DNA of 64,000 nt from Phage NC-B, in sequence record MK310183. One strand, given 5' to 3'. Shown here one piece after another: positions 1 to 10,105 of the stretch (the first letter of the stretch is position 1; the number at the start of each line of letters is the position of its first letter). The notes beneath the pieces are model-generated. The model did no database searches and had not been told where the DNA came from. It saw only the letters and a list, made by a program, of their open reading frames with translations. Position numbers and translations under genes: made by a program.

Positions 1-1
1 T

Positions 2-283
2 ATTTATAAGGTTTCTGGTGTCTTAGGTTTTAACTCTGACCCTTCTTGGGGAGGGACTTCTGGTGGATTCTCAGTTCCTTACAACTCTAACGGATTGGCT
101 CTGCTCTGGGTCGACTATGAGATTGAAGAAACTGGTGATATTATCCTGAAAACCTACCATCGTGTCCATGCTGATGCTCCTGTTTTTGCTAGAAATGAAA
201 TAGATGGATTAGCGGATGGGGATCCTGTAGATATTCCAGAAGGTCGGTGGATTGATCTTCGTGTCGAAATGCCATCCAAGTAA
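2..283 (+). CDS. 3' end of a gene starting upstream of the window (virion structural protein, possibly major capsid)
   Basis: Frame open from position 2 to stop at 281-283; followed immediately by a strong hairpin terminator. Confidence 0.5.
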   Translation: MYKVSGVLGFNSDPSWGGTSGGFSVPYNSNGLALLWVDYEIEETGDIILKTYHRVHADAPVFARNEIDGLADGDPVDIPEGRWIDLRVEMPSK

Positions 284-293
284 ATTTAAGAAT

Positions 294-314
294 GCCCTCT
301 TCGGAGGGCTTTAT
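294..314 (+). terminator. Rho-independent terminator
   Basis: GCCCTC-TTCG-GAGGGC hairpin followed by TTTAT. Confidence 0.6.
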
Positions 315-326
315 GGAGGATTATAA

Positions 327-2558
327 ATGTCTAGAGAGTTAATGCCCAAATCTGGGATAATGATGCCTCACGTGGTAGTTACTAGAGATGCCGCAGTAGT
401 GGGTGTATCTACTGTAGATGGGGCCGCTGGTGCTATCAACTTAACAGAAAAATACCTTCAGAAGTCTGACGCTGAAGCAACCTATCAAACGAAAGCAGAA
501 GGGGCTACTAAGCAATATGTAACCGACGCTATCAACCCCATTATGACAAATGCTCTTTTTAAAGATGACCCCTTTGTTAATAATGACACACCTATTCGCT
601 CTGGCGGTGGTAATGGTGTTGAATCGGTAGATATGATTAAAGTCACCCCTGAGAACACCATCAAACTAGGGAGCTATGCTTCTTCTGTTCAGGGGGTTGA
701 GATTCATTCTGCTGGTCGTCTTCAGGTTGTTGATCAGAACGATTCTGGAGTCGAAACTAAATATCCGGTATACTCCAAAAGATATCGCCCAGAAGTTGAG
801 GATTTACCTTTCGCTTCAATTGGCTCCTATGTTAAAGACTCCAAAGGACGCACTATTGGTGTAACTCGTACTGGTATCAACTCTGATATCAAACAGCTCA
901 CACAGAAAGTTACTTTCACTCAACCAGTAACTGTCCCTGATGCAGTTGGTGATTATGATGCGGTTACTTTGAGACAGCTTCGAAACAGTGGTGGCGGTTC
1001 TGGTGGTCCTACCATGAGCGGTATCTCTAACTTCGGAATTGGCGACTTTCATTTACGTGACAGCCGTGCTTTCATCCCAGCTTTTGAGGTAGTGTCTGAT
1101 GGGCAGCTTTTGAATCGTGCTGACTACCCAGATTTATGGGCTTATGCACAACTGCTATCTCCAATCGAAGACTCTCTTTGGTTGAGCGATTGGTCGCAGC
1201 GAGGTAGATATTCCAAAGGAGACGGAACAACAACTTTCCGTGTTCCCGATAGGAACGGGGTTCAGAGTGGTTCTATTAAGTCTTTATTTGCTAGAGGTGA
1301 CGGTGGCAACTCAGCTAACAACGGAGAGGTTAGACAATCTTCCATTCCTAATATTACTGGTAAGATTGGTTTTCATGGAAGTGGTGGTGATAACTCGGGT
1401 ACAGTTTTGGCGAATGGTAGCGGTGCTTTTTCAGTGTCTCAGACAATACCTAGATATTTAAGCGGTGCAACAATAGTAGCCGCTGGGGCTAGTTCATACG
1501 GAGAAGCTAACCTTAATGCGTCTACTGTTAACCCTGTTTATGGTAGGTATCCTGAACTGGCTGATGAAGTCTTACCTCGCAATTTTACAGGTGTCTGGAC
1601 TATTCGAGCACACGGTGGATTTACTGCTGCTAACACTTCTTGGTCTGTTATTAACAGTGATGCTACAGTGACACCTGACGTGTATGCGAAAGGTGGTTTA
1701 ATATCATCTGAATATAAAGTATCAGGGGTTGTTAGAGGGTCTGCTACTTTCCAATCGTCATACAGGTTAATGAATGATGGAAAGTCTGAAGCATTTGGTG
1801 ATATCGATGTTAAGACTTCCGAAGGTGGTCTTGGTCATTACTCTTTTAATGAAAAAGGAAGGCTACAGATAACTAACAGTGGTCCTGATGCTGCTGGTAC
1901 TTCAGTTTCACTGAAGGGGGTTAATCGAGGCTGGAATGACATACAATTAGACCCCGGATACTCAAGAGAGACCACAGGAGGTGGGATTAACGTTATTAGT
2001 GATAATCAGGTTCGAGATAAAATCACAACTGGTATTAACATCTTCTCCTCAATAGACACCGGATATCCTACCAAGACTGGTTTTGGGGCATACTCTCCTG
2101 GTTCAGATGATTTCGCCAAAGGTTTAATTTATGTCAGTGGGGATGGTGGATTTTTCTCTCGTTACTTCTTCGACCACTTTGGACAGATTAATGGTACAAA
2201 TAGAGATGGTCAATTTAGTTATACGAAAAATGGACCATCAGACGAAAGAATAAAACGTGAGATTAGAGATATTTCCCCAGAGAAAGCCATTAGTGTTATT
2301 AAGGGTTTAAATTTCAAATCTTTTATATACACTAATGATGAACAAGAAAGAGTTCGCCGTGGGGTTATTGCCCAACAGGCAGAGAAAGTGGAACCTCTTT
2401 ATGTTAAAACTCGAAAATACCCAGGAATGAAGGAAGGTGATCCAGAGATCGAGCAGAAAGAGCTAGACACTACTCCAATGCTTTTAGATACCATGCAGGT
2501 TGTTCAAGATCTGCTGAAGCGTATTGAAGTTCTAGAAGCGAAGTTAGCAGAGAAGTGA
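327..2558 (+). CDS. Tail fiber/tailspike protein with C-terminal intramolecular chaperone (peptidase S74-like) domain
   Basis: ATG with GGAGG RBS; 743 aa, Gly/Ser-rich beta-type sequence; C-terminal GLNFKSFIYTNDEQERVRRGVIAQQAEKVEP plus coiled coil resembles endosialidase/T5 L-shaped-fiber chaperone domain. Confidence 0.6.
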   Translation: MSRELMPKSGIMMPHVVVTRDAAVVGVSTVDGAAGAINLTEKYLQKSDAEATYQTKAEGATKQYVTDAINPIMTNALFKDDPFVNNDTPIRSGGGNGVESVDMIKVTPENTIKLGSYASSVQGVEIHSAGRLQVVDQNDSGVETKYPVYSKRYRPEVEDLPFASIGSYVKDSKGRTIGVTRTGINSDIKQLTQKVTFTQPVTVPDAVGDYDAVTLRQLRNSGGGSGGPTMSGISNFGIGDFHLRDSRAFIPAFEVVSDGQLLNRADYPDLWAYAQLLSPIEDSLWLSDWSQRGRYSKGDGTTTFRVPDRNGVQSGSIKSLFARGDGGNSANNGEVRQSSIPNITGKIGFHGSGGDNSGTVLANGSGAFSVSQTIPRYLSGATIVAAGASSYGEANLNASTVNPVYGRYPELADEVLPRNFTGVWTIRAHGGFTAANTSWSVINSDATVTPDVYAKGGLISSEYKVSGVVRGSATFQSSYRLMNDGKSEAFGDIDVKTSEGGLGHYSFNEKGRLQITNSGPDAAGTSVSLKGVNRGWNDIQLDPGYSRETTGGGINVISDNQVRDKITTGINIFSSIDTGYPTKTGFGAYSPGSDDFAKGLIYVSGDGGFFSRYFFDHFGQINGTNRDGQFSYTKNGPSDERIKREIRDISPEKAISVIKGLNFKSFIYTNDEQERVRRGVIAQQAEKVEPLYVKTRKYPGMKEGDPEIEQKELDTTPMLLDTMQVVQDLLKRIEVLEAKLAEK

Positions 2559-2562
2559 GATA

Positions 2563-2583
2563 AGCCCCTTCGGGGGCTTTTAG
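2563..2583 (+). terminator. Rho-independent terminator
   Basis: AGCCCC-TTCG-GGGGCT hairpin followed by TTTTA. Confidence 0.6.
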
Positions 2584-2647
2584 GAGTGAAACTGGTGAAT
2601 AAGTAATGAAACTACTATATCCAAAAGGAAAATGAAAGGAGAAGAAA

Positions 2648-2866
2648 ATGAAAATGATGAAACAGGTAACTTATGGTCTAGCTTGCTTAGGGACAGGTTT
2701 TGTGATTTCCACAGCAGTACCTGTAAATGCAGTAGGCTCTCATTCTATTATAGAAGCTCCTGTAGAGAAGCTTAGTTCTCAATGTAAACAAAGGACCATT
2801 CAAAATAATTTGGTTGTTATTTGCCCAGACGCTCAATCTTCAGCTCTGAGAAAAATTCTTCCTTAA
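2648..2866 (+). CDS. Small membrane/secreted protein, possible lysis-associated (adjacent to lysozyme)
   Basis: AAAGGAG RBS; 72 aa with one N-terminal hydrophobic segment (YGLACLGTGFVISTAVPV). Confidence 0.35.
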   Translation: MKMMKQVTYGLACLGTGFVISTAVPVNAVGSHSIIEAPVEKLSSQCKQRTIQNNLVVICPDAQSSALRKILP

Positions 2867-2899
2867 TTGACCTAAAATAACAACAAAAGGAGGTCAAAG

Positions 2900-3391
2900 A
2901 TGGACGCTATCGCATTGCCGCCTGTACAGATGAGCCTAAGTCCGGCTGGTATGGAGTTTATCATGAAGCATGAAGGCATGAGAACTAAAGCCTATAAAGA
3001 CTCCGCTGGAATCTGGACTATATGTGTAGGGGCTACGCGCGATATGAATGGGTATCCAGTAAGACAAGGATTAACGTATTCTATAGAGGATTGTCTAGCT
3101 CTGCTAGATAGAGACACACAAGACTCTGTTCGTGCTACTCAGAAAAACATAAGAGTTCCTATGCTAGCTCATGAATTTGATGCTGTCACTTCTTTCAACT
3201 TTAATGTTGGTGGTGGTGCTTTGTCAACTTCAAAACTTAGGAAAGTGATCAACGGAGATGTGAAGGGTGATGTTTACTCAGAGTTCTTACGTTGGGATAA
3301 GATAACTGTTAAAGGTGTAAAACAGCAGAGTCCGGGGCTTCACAATCGTAGGGTTGCAGAAGCAGACCTATACACCACAGGAAAATATTAA
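2900..3391 (+). CDS. Lysozyme (glycoside hydrolase family 24, T4 e / lambda R-like muramidase)
   Basis: AAAGGAGG RBS; motif HEGMRTKAYKDSAGIWTICVGAT matches the EG...AY.D..G..TIG.G catalytic region of GH24 lysozymes. Confidence 0.7.
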   Translation: MDAIALPPVQMSLSPAGMEFIMKHEGMRTKAYKDSAGIWTICVGATRDMNGYPVRQGLTYSIEDCLALLDRDTQDSVRATQKNIRVPMLAHEFDAVTSFNFNVGGGALSTSKLRKVINGDVKGDVYSEFLRWDKITVKGVKQQSPGLHNRRVAEADLYTTGKY

Positions 3392-3403
3392 TGGAGGTGC
3401 CTT

Positions 3404-4207
3404 TTGGCTATCGAAACAACTGCGGTAGTAACTACCGACTTAAACCCTCTGTACCCACGGGACAGGGATTATCTTTATGAAGGGGCTGCCCAGATACGAC
3501 TGGTCAAACAAGTATTAATTAACACCTTTCCTAACATCACAGAGCCAGTTCAACTTGACTCAGATTCTTTCAACATTCTAGCAAACAAGGTCTCCTTTAC
3601 TGGAGATTCTATGGATGTTGGAGGTTTGATGATCAAAAACTTAACTCCGGGAACAGGAGACAAAGACGCTGTAACCAAAGGTCAGATGGAAGCTTTCATG
3701 TTGAATTGGATGCAGAATAAACTATACCGTATTGGTGCTTACTACATCACTGAAGAAGATATCAACCCCGGAGATTCTAGCTCTCTTGGTTTTGGTTCTT
3801 GGGCTAAAGTAACTGGTGTTATTATGGGTACTGGTGTTGTTAACCCTGATGGATCTGTTCCTAATGCTCAGCGTGTTGAATTCCAAGCAGGTGGCACAGG
3901 AGGTCGAGTATTCAACACAATCCGTGCTGACAATATGCCTCTTACTACAATCAATGGTTCCAGTTTTCAAGTTAGTTCTTATTCTCACTCACATAATATC
4001 ACGATGGGTCGTGGAGATGCTAGCGGTCACAACAGCAGTCCTAATTGGTATAGTCCGGGTGGTGGTTATACTCAGGTAACTGATACTAACACTCACTCTC
4101 ACTCGATTACAGGTTCTGTTAGTTTTGGACGTGATGATGTATCGAGACAACCTATCAACACTTTGCCGCCTTTCAGAGCAGCGCATATCTGGAGACGTAT
4201 TAGCTAA
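3404..4207 (+). CDS. Putative tail fiber / receptor-binding protein with HxH motifs
   Basis: TTG start 6 nt after GGAGG RBS; Gly/Ser/Thr-rich; repeated HxH motifs (SHSHNITMG, THSHSITG) as in metal-binding fibre tips. Confidence 0.4.
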   Translation: MAIETTAVVTTDLNPLYPRDRDYLYEGAAQIRLVKQVLINTFPNITEPVQLDSDSFNILANKVSFTGDSMDVGGLMIKNLTPGTGDKDAVTKGQMEAFMLNWMQNKLYRIGAYYITEEDINPGDSSSLGFGSWAKVTGVIMGTGVVNPDGSVPNAQRVEFQAGGTGGRVFNTIRADNMPLTTINGSSFQVSSYSHSHNITMGRGDASGHNSSPNWYSPGGGYTQVTDTNTHSHSITGSVSFGRDDVSRQPINTLPPFRAAHIWRRIS

Positions 4208-4216
4208 GGAGGAACT

Positions 4217-7200
4217 ATGGCGCTTTATCCAATAAAATCTTTAGGGGCTGTAGGGGTTATTGCTGACCAAGCTCCGACTGATTTAGCACCTAATGCTTTC
4301 ACTAATGCTATCAATGCCCGCTTTGTAGAGCAAAGAGTTTTTAAGACGGGGGGCAATGCCCCTCTTTCTTATGTAGAAGAAGATAAAGAGATTACACCAC
4401 TTTCTTTTATATCAATGCCTTTTGACTACTATAGTGCAGGTAATAGCTTTCTGATTGTTGGTACAGACAAAAAGCTATACAAGCTAACAGATGAAAGTTT
4501 GACAGATATTAGCCGAAAGGTTGCTACTGTCACAAAAAGAGCTTCCGCTTCTATTAAGATATATCCGGTTGTTTCTCAGATTGTTCCTAAAGAAACTTCT
4601 ATTTCAATGAATTTCAATCAAACTAAAGCCTTGGAAGTTTCTATTCTTCCTGAAGATGCTAATAACACAGCTTTAGTTTGGGAGGTTAGTAATTCTTCTT
4701 ATGGTAAAGTAGAAGCTGACACCGAGAACCCTAAAACTGCAACTTTGACGTCTTATGAAAAAGAAGGGAATTTAGTAGTTACTGTATCAACAGCTGATAA
4801 ATCTATTAGTGCTCAGATTGCAGTAAACATCATAGATGGTGATTCTGGTATCTTCTTAAGTCAGGATACAATAACTGTCCGCAAAGGTGGTAACACAACG
4901 CTAACTGCTGTTACTGGAAAAACTCCTGTAACTTGGGTCTCTAGTAATGCTTCTGTTGTGTCTGTAACACCTAATGCTAATACACTGACAGCTACTTTGT
5001 CTGCTAATGGTGAGGGTACTGTAACAATAACTGCTGATAACGGAACTAAGAGTGCTTCTTGTCAAGTTACTGTTATACCTCAGATAGACAGTATCACTCT
5101 GAGTCAGACAAGCGTTCAAATGAGCAGGGGTACTCAGTATGTTTTAACTGCTACGGTTAATCCTTCAGATGCTCCCAATAAAAGCATAACTTGGACTTCC
5201 TCTAATCCTACCATTGCCACAGTTTCTGGAAATAGTACAGAAGCGGTAATAACAGGGTTACTAGCTGGGTTTACTGAAATCACAGCTGTTACTCAAGAGG
5301 GTGATAGATCAGCAACCTGTACAGTGAGAGTTGATTTAGCTGGGAGAATGATGCGAACTTCTGCAATGGCTTTATCAGAACCTGTTGTAGATTCTATACA
5401 AGAAGAAGAAACCAATAATACTCCTATCGAATCAGAAGAGGTTTTATATTTTGTTAATGAGCCATCTGGAGTTGATACCTCAGGAATGTATGAAGGTAAC
5501 AACTTCTATGATTACTCAAACGTCAACGATATGGAAGGTTTTGCACGAGCTGCACTCATGTCCAGCGATACTCCGTTGCAATCTTTATCACTAGATATCA
5601 TCGATGCCTCTCTTGATGTTGGGGAAGATATTGTAATTACAGCCAATGCTTTGCCTGAGGGAGAGTATTTCTATCAGTGGACAGTGGACAAAGCAGGATA
5701 TGTTTCAACCACATCTACTACCGGGAAATCTCTAAAACTGACAGCTATTCGTAAAGGTGAGATCAAAGTTACTTGTACTGCTAGTCAAATGACTCAGAAA
5801 GATTATGATGCTTTTGACGACTATCCTTGGTATCACACCATAATCTCTAACTGTGCAGTGGCTACCACTCACTATGAAACACCACAGGTCAAAGAGTTTG
5901 AATCTGAGTATTTCGTAGATCTTCCGGGATGGGGTGAGCAAACAGTCGTTGATAATGATGGCAACCCTTCTGTTAAGAAATTTAACTGGAAGTGTGAGCG
6001 TATTCGTGCATTCAACAACAGACTTTTTGCTCTGAATATGAGGGAATCTAATGCATCTGGTGTAACTACTCACTACCCTCTAAGACTTCGGTGGTCGAAT
6101 TTCGCTAACGAAAACAAAGCTCCATCTCTTTGGGATGATTATGCTTATGATCGTTTAACAACTTCAGACCTATCAGCAAACATCGTTGGTCAAACTGAGG
6201 CTTTGGAAAATGGGTACGCTGGGTATATAGATTTAGCAGATTCTAACGGAAGCTTGATTGATGTACTTCCTCTGAAAGATTACCTTTTTGTTTACACGGA
6301 GTTCGAAACCTACATTGGCTCTCCAACCAATAACACATATCAGCCCCTTATGTTTAAGAAGCTGTTTAATGACTCTGGCATACTTGCTCCTGAGTGTGCA
6401 GTTGAAGTCGAAGGTGGACACTTCGTAGTAACTCAAAATGATGTGATCTTACATAATGGTGCATCTAAAAAATCTATAGCATCTAACCGAGTCAAGAATC
6501 TTCTCATTAATGAGATCTGTCTAGTAAACCCTCTAGCTACTAGAGTTCACCTACACCAAGACAAGAAAGAGGTTTGGGTTTTATATGTAGGTCCGGGAGA
6601 GCCTAAAGAGAGTTTTGCTTGTAATAAAGCCGCTGTTTGGAATTATGAGTTTGACACTTGGTCTTTCCGTACAATACCATATGCTCAGTGTATTGGGTTA
6701 GTCGATCCACCAGTTCTTGAGAGAGGTCCAATCTGGGCAGATTTTCAAGAGATCACTTGGGATGATCCCTCTATTAACCAATTAGTCTGGAGAAAGGATG
6801 CTAATAACTTCCGTCAAAGGATTACAATAGTTGGCTCTTTCCTGAAGGGATTCTATCAAGTGGATGTTGGTGCTCTGGACTACATCTATGATAGAACCAA
6901 TGATAGGATTATAGAAAAACCTTTAGAAATGAGGCTAGAAAGAACTGGTATTGATTTTGATAATGTCACTAATGAGTGGAATCAAAAACATATTAATAGA
7001 TTTAGACCTCAAGTTACTGGTACAGGTACTTATACTTTTGAAGTCGGTGGAAGTCAATTCTCAAACGAGTATGGACACAATCACTCAACTAAAGAGTTTA
7101 GGGTAGGCTCAGATCGTCATGTATCCGTGAGACTGAACCATCCATACCTATTCTATAATGTTATAGATAATGATGTTAACAGTAATGCTTCTATGAATGG

Positions 7201-7237
7201 TTTAACCATAGAGTTTAGTGTTGGCGGTCGAAGATAA
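4217..7237 (+). CDS. Large virion structural protein with three Big_2 (bacterial Ig-like) domains
   Basis: AAGGAGG RBS; 1006 aa; three consecutive ~90-aa Ig-like repeats in residues ~100-380. Confidence 0.5.
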   Translation: MALYPIKSLGAVGVIADQAPTDLAPNAFTNAINARFVEQRVFKTGGNAPLSYVEEDKEITPLSFISMPFDYYSAGNSFLIVGTDKKLYKLTDESLTDISRKVATVTKRASASIKIYPVVSQIVPKETSISMNFNQTKALEVSILPEDANNTALVWEVSNSSYGKVEADTENPKTATLTSYEKEGNLVVTVSTADKSISAQIAVNIIDGDSGIFLSQDTITVRKGGNTTLTAVTGKTPVTWVSSNASVVSVTPNANTLTATLSANGEGTVTITADNGTKSASCQVTVIPQIDSITLSQTSVQMSRGTQYVLTATVNPSDAPNKSITWTSSNPTIATVSGNSTEAVITGLLAGFTEITAVTQEGDRSATCTVRVDLAGRMMRTSAMALSEPVVDSIQEEETNNTPIESEEVLYFVNEPSGVDTSGMYEGNNFYDYSNVNDMEGFARAALMSSDTPLQSLSLDIIDASLDVGEDIVITANALPEGEYFYQWTVDKAGYVSTTSTTGKSLKLTAIRKGEIKVTCTASQMTQKDYDAFDDYPWYHTIISNCAVATTHYETPQVKEFESEYFVDLPGWGEQTVVDNDGNPSVKKFNWKCERIRAFNNRLFALNMRESNASGVTTHYPLRLRWSNFANENKAPSLWDDYAYDRLTTSDLSANIVGQTEALENGYAGYIDLADSNGSLIDVLPLKDYLFVYTEFETYIGSPTNNTYQPLMFKKLFNDSGILAPECAVEVEGGHFVVTQNDVILHNGASKKSIASNRVKNLLINEICLVNPLATRVHLHQDKKEVWVLYVGPGEPKESFACNKAAVWNYEFDTWSFRTIPYAQCIGLVDPPVLERGPIWADFQEITWDDPSINQLVWRKDANNFRQRITIVGSFLKGFYQVDVGALDYIYDRTNDRIIEKPLEMRLERTGIDFDNVTNEWNQKHINRFRPQVTGTGTYTFEVGGSQFSNEYGHNHSTKEFRVGSDRHVSVRLNHPYLFYNVIDNDVNSNASMNGLTIEFSVGGRR

Positions 7238-7243
7238 CAAATA

Positions 7244-7268
7244 GGGGCTTCGGCCCCTTTTATTGTTT
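7244..7268 (+). terminator. Rho-independent terminator
   Basis: GGGGC-TTCG-GCCCC hairpin followed by TTTTTATTGTTTTT. Confidence 0.6.
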
Positions 7269-7284
7269 TTAATTGGAGGTACTT

Positions 7285-8253
7285 ATGGGTGCTGGAGGTT
7301 TTCGAAAGAATACTGGTAGAAACAACACCACACTTCCGTACAATGTTGGTTTTCTAAACAATGTGCAGGATACAGAAACTTACAACGTTGCCGTCTATGA
7401 TGAACTACAAAAAGTTAGTACAGCAACTAATCAGATGTTTCAAGCTATTGATGAAATACATGAAGAAATTGATGTTAGGATTAAAGCTCTTAATGCAATG
7501 AATCTTCAATTTGATGAACTTGAAAACAGAATTACTACAGAGATCGAAACAGCTATTGCTGATATTCAAACACAGATGGGCAATCTGTCCACTGAAGATA
7601 TTTGGGATAATTCAGTACAACCGCCAGTTAAGCTAGAAAGTTCTATGGCAGGGTTTAAAACTTCTATAGAAGGTAATGAGGTTAAGATACAGTCTGTTGA
7701 GGGAATCGTAAACCAGCAGGGAGAGGAAATTGGCTTAGTTCAAACAGAGATCTCCAACATTAACAGCAGTCTATCTTCTTATATGAAGCTATCTGACTAC
7801 GAAGCTACGTGGGGAATTAACTCAAACGTCAACGGCAGGTATGCTGGTGTCAAACTAACTAACAACGGCACGAATAGTCAGTTCCAAGTTACAGCTGATA
7901 AGTTTGTTGTAGGTGATGGTAACTCAGGTAATACACCTTTTGTGTTTGAAGGAGGTCGAGCTAAGATAGAGTTTGCTGATATTAAGAATGTCAATATCAC
8001 AACTGCTCAGATTGCTAATGCTCGTATCCAGTTTGCTCAGATAGATAACGTGTGGATTACTGATGGTCAGATTGCCAATCTTACAGCTAACAAGATCACT
8101 GCTGGCTCTATGAGTGGTTCAAACTGGAGACTTACTGTTGGCGGGGATTTTGTGATGGGTGGTACAGGTGGAGCACAGCTCTGGATGAATGGGAATAGAA
8201 TCGATTTCTATGACGGGAGTGGTGCACTGAGAATCAGGATAGGGAGTTGGTAA
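7285..8253 (+). CDS. Virion structural protein (coiled-coil N-terminus, beta-rich C-terminus; tail fiber-associated?)
   Basis: ATG at 7285 with GGAGGT RBS (ORF track starts at upstream TTG 7273). Confidence 0.45.
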   Translation: MGAGGFRKNTGRNNTTLPYNVGFLNNVQDTETYNVAVYDELQKVSTATNQMFQAIDEIHEEIDVRIKALNAMNLQFDELENRITTEIETAIADIQTQMGNLSTEDIWDNSVQPPVKLESSMAGFKTSIEGNEVKIQSVEGIVNQQGEEIGLVQTEISNINSSLSSYMKLSDYEATWGINSNVNGRYAGVKLTNNGTNSQFQVTADKFVVGDGNSGNTPFVFEGGRAKIEFADIKNVNITTAQIANARIQFAQIDNVWITDGQIANLTANKITAGSMSGSNWRLTVGGDFVMGGTGGAQLWMNGNRIDFYDGSGALRIRIGSW

Positions 8254-8254
8254 T

Positions 8255-9286
8255 ATGGCTTATGGAATATGGTGTCAACCTGTAGGACCGGGACCAGCTT
8301 CCCCGGCTCCTCTCTTTATTGATAGCGGAAGTACTTTTCCTCAAATAAAAAATTCAATAAGTGGGAGTTTTAACTTTAATGGGGCTGGAAGGTCTTTTCC
8401 TATTAGCGGGTGGGATGGGAGTGGTCAGATAGTGATTGTACCAACAGGCTCTCTTTGTTGGCAATGGGAGGTTCCTCCTAACTTAATTCCTGATGTATAT
8501 TGTGTCAACAATATTTATGTAGAGAATAACACATCGTTCAGGGTTACATTAAATCAAAATCCGGGAAGCAACCCTTTGTTTGACTGTGGTTTCAATGTAT
8601 ATCAAATCTACCCAAGAGCTGATAGGAACTATGGAATAACCTTCTCTAATACAGCTGATTATTTCTCTATCTCAGATGCTGGGATTGTGGGTCAATGCAT
8701 CTGGGCTTGGCAAGGAACTATAAACAACGCTCTACAGATACCTGATATTGGTGGTTTCTATATGCCTAATGCTGTAGTTTTTGCTAACTGGTCTGATGGT
8801 GGTGTTGGTTTATCTTATACATCAGGAGATAGGGTGATTCGAGTTTATCAAAACAGGTCTTATAACAATGGCAACACTAATGAAGGTGGTTCTGTGTTTG
8901 CTAGGGTTGCTGTATTTTGTAATGGTGCTGGGGTTCCTGAACACAACGGCGGTTTAAATATATATTCTCCCGGAACTACTCAGTGCGTATTCTCTACTTA
9001 TAGGTCTCCTTTTACAGTAGACACTTTCGTAGGCTCAGCAGGTGGAAATACTGGCTTAGCTTATCCTATGATTCCTCTGTCTTCTGGAGTTGGAGCTATC
9101 AGAGGAAGTGGGAGTGGTTGGTATTATCAACAAATGCGTTCTCATACCATGTCAGGGTCTTCAATAGGAACTGGATATGGTAGATATATGTTCCAATGGT
9201 CTAACAGTTATGACTTAGGTTCTAATGCTGCTGTTAATATCTCCATCCCTGTAATCAACGCTGCTAAGATTTTTGCAGGTTTATGA
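8255..9286 (+). CDS. Virion structural protein (Gly/Asn-rich, probable tail component)
   Basis: AGGGAG RBS; 343 aa; 1-nt gap from upstream stop suggests translational coupling. Confidence 0.4.
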   Translation: MAYGIWCQPVGPGPASPAPLFIDSGSTFPQIKNSISGSFNFNGAGRSFPISGWDGSGQIVIVPTGSLCWQWEVPPNLIPDVYCVNNIYVENNTSFRVTLNQNPGSNPLFDCGFNVYQIYPRADRNYGITFSNTADYFSISDAGIVGQCIWAWQGTINNALQIPDIGGFYMPNAVVFANWSDGGVGLSYTSGDRVIRVYQNRSYNNGNTNEGGSVFARVAVFCNGAGVPEHNGGLNIYSPGTTQCVFSTYRSPFTVDTFVGSAGGNTGLAYPMIPLSSGVGAIRGSGSGWYYQQMRSHTMSGSSIGTGYGRYMFQWSNSYDLGSNAAVNISIPVINAAKIFAGL

Positions 9287-9298
9287 TAAGGAGTTTTT

Positions 9299-10096
9299 AT
9301 GACAAAAATAATGGGAGTGTCAGAGCTTGACCCTTTGGTCCAACAAGCTTCTAAGAAATATGGCATTCCTGCTGCTCTTATACATGCAGTGATTCAGAGA
9401 GAGTCTAATGGAAGACCTTCTGTTGAATCTGGTACAGGACCAGTAGGTTTAATGCAAATCAGTAAGGGGTTGGCTAAAGATTATGGATATAAACTTGAAG
9501 ATAGGTTAGACCCTGCAAAGAATATTGACATGGGTGCTAGATATTTAAGAGATAACCTGAAAGCTTTTGATGGTGATGTGAGGAAGGCTTTGGTGGGGTA
9601 TTCAGAAGGAACTGGTGGTGCTAAGCAAATGTTTGCTGGTAAGAGAGGGTTTACACCTCAAGCTTTAGATTCAATGAATAATAAGCTGTTCCTACCATTC
9701 TTTGATAAGAATACAGCAGCGGCACAAGTGGCTAATCCTGTAGGTGCTTTGAAAGCAGTTCAGCCTGTGGACCAGTTTGATTCTAATACACTGACTAGAG
9801 AAGGTGCTGCAAACGCTCCTACTCAAGCAGAGATAGCTGCAAGCAAGGCTGGAGCTTTAGGTGGTCGTCCTGTAGAGTTTTACTCTGATGAACAATCTAC
9901 TGGGGAAAATCAAAAACCTCAACAGAACTTTGGAAATGCTGTATTGGCAGCTGCTTCTATGCTTGCAGGAAAACAGCCTAACTCTCAAACCGTACAGAGA
10001 GCACATGCCCCTACTCAAGCAGGTTCTCGATACAGTCCACAAACACAAGCCGTGCTGAGACGTTTGTCTAGCATAGGTACTGATATTTACAGATAA
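9299..10096 (+). CDS. Lytic transglycosylase (SLT domain), probable virion-associated peptidoglycan hydrolase
   Basis: AAGGAG RBS; motif IQRESNGRPSVESGTGPVGLMQIS matches SLT catalytic ES...G..GLMQ signature. Confidence 0.65.
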   Translation: MTKIMGVSELDPLVQQASKKYGIPAALIHAVIQRESNGRPSVESGTGPVGLMQISKGLAKDYGYKLEDRLDPAKNIDMGARYLRDNLKAFDGDVRKALVGYSEGTGGAKQMFAGKRGFTPQALDSMNNKLFLPFFDKNTAAAQVANPVGALKAVQPVDQFDSNTLTREGAANAPTQAEIAASKAGALGGRPVEFYSDEQSTGENQKPQQNFGNAVLAAASMLAGKQPNSQTVQRAHAPTQAGSRYSPQTQAVLRRLSSIGTDIYR

Positions 10097-10105
10097 GGAG
10101 GACGT

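Noticed and set aside
676-1461. Track ORFs 676-864 (+), 816-1052 (-), 1240-1461 (+) inside the tail fiber gene
   Set aside because: Nested within or antisense to the 743-aa gene, with low-complexity hydrophobic translations and no RBS; likely spurious.
3722-4186. Track ORFs 3722-3988 (-), 3816-4079 (+), 3989-4186 (-)
   Set aside because: Nested in or antisense to the 3404-4207 gene; no independent signals.
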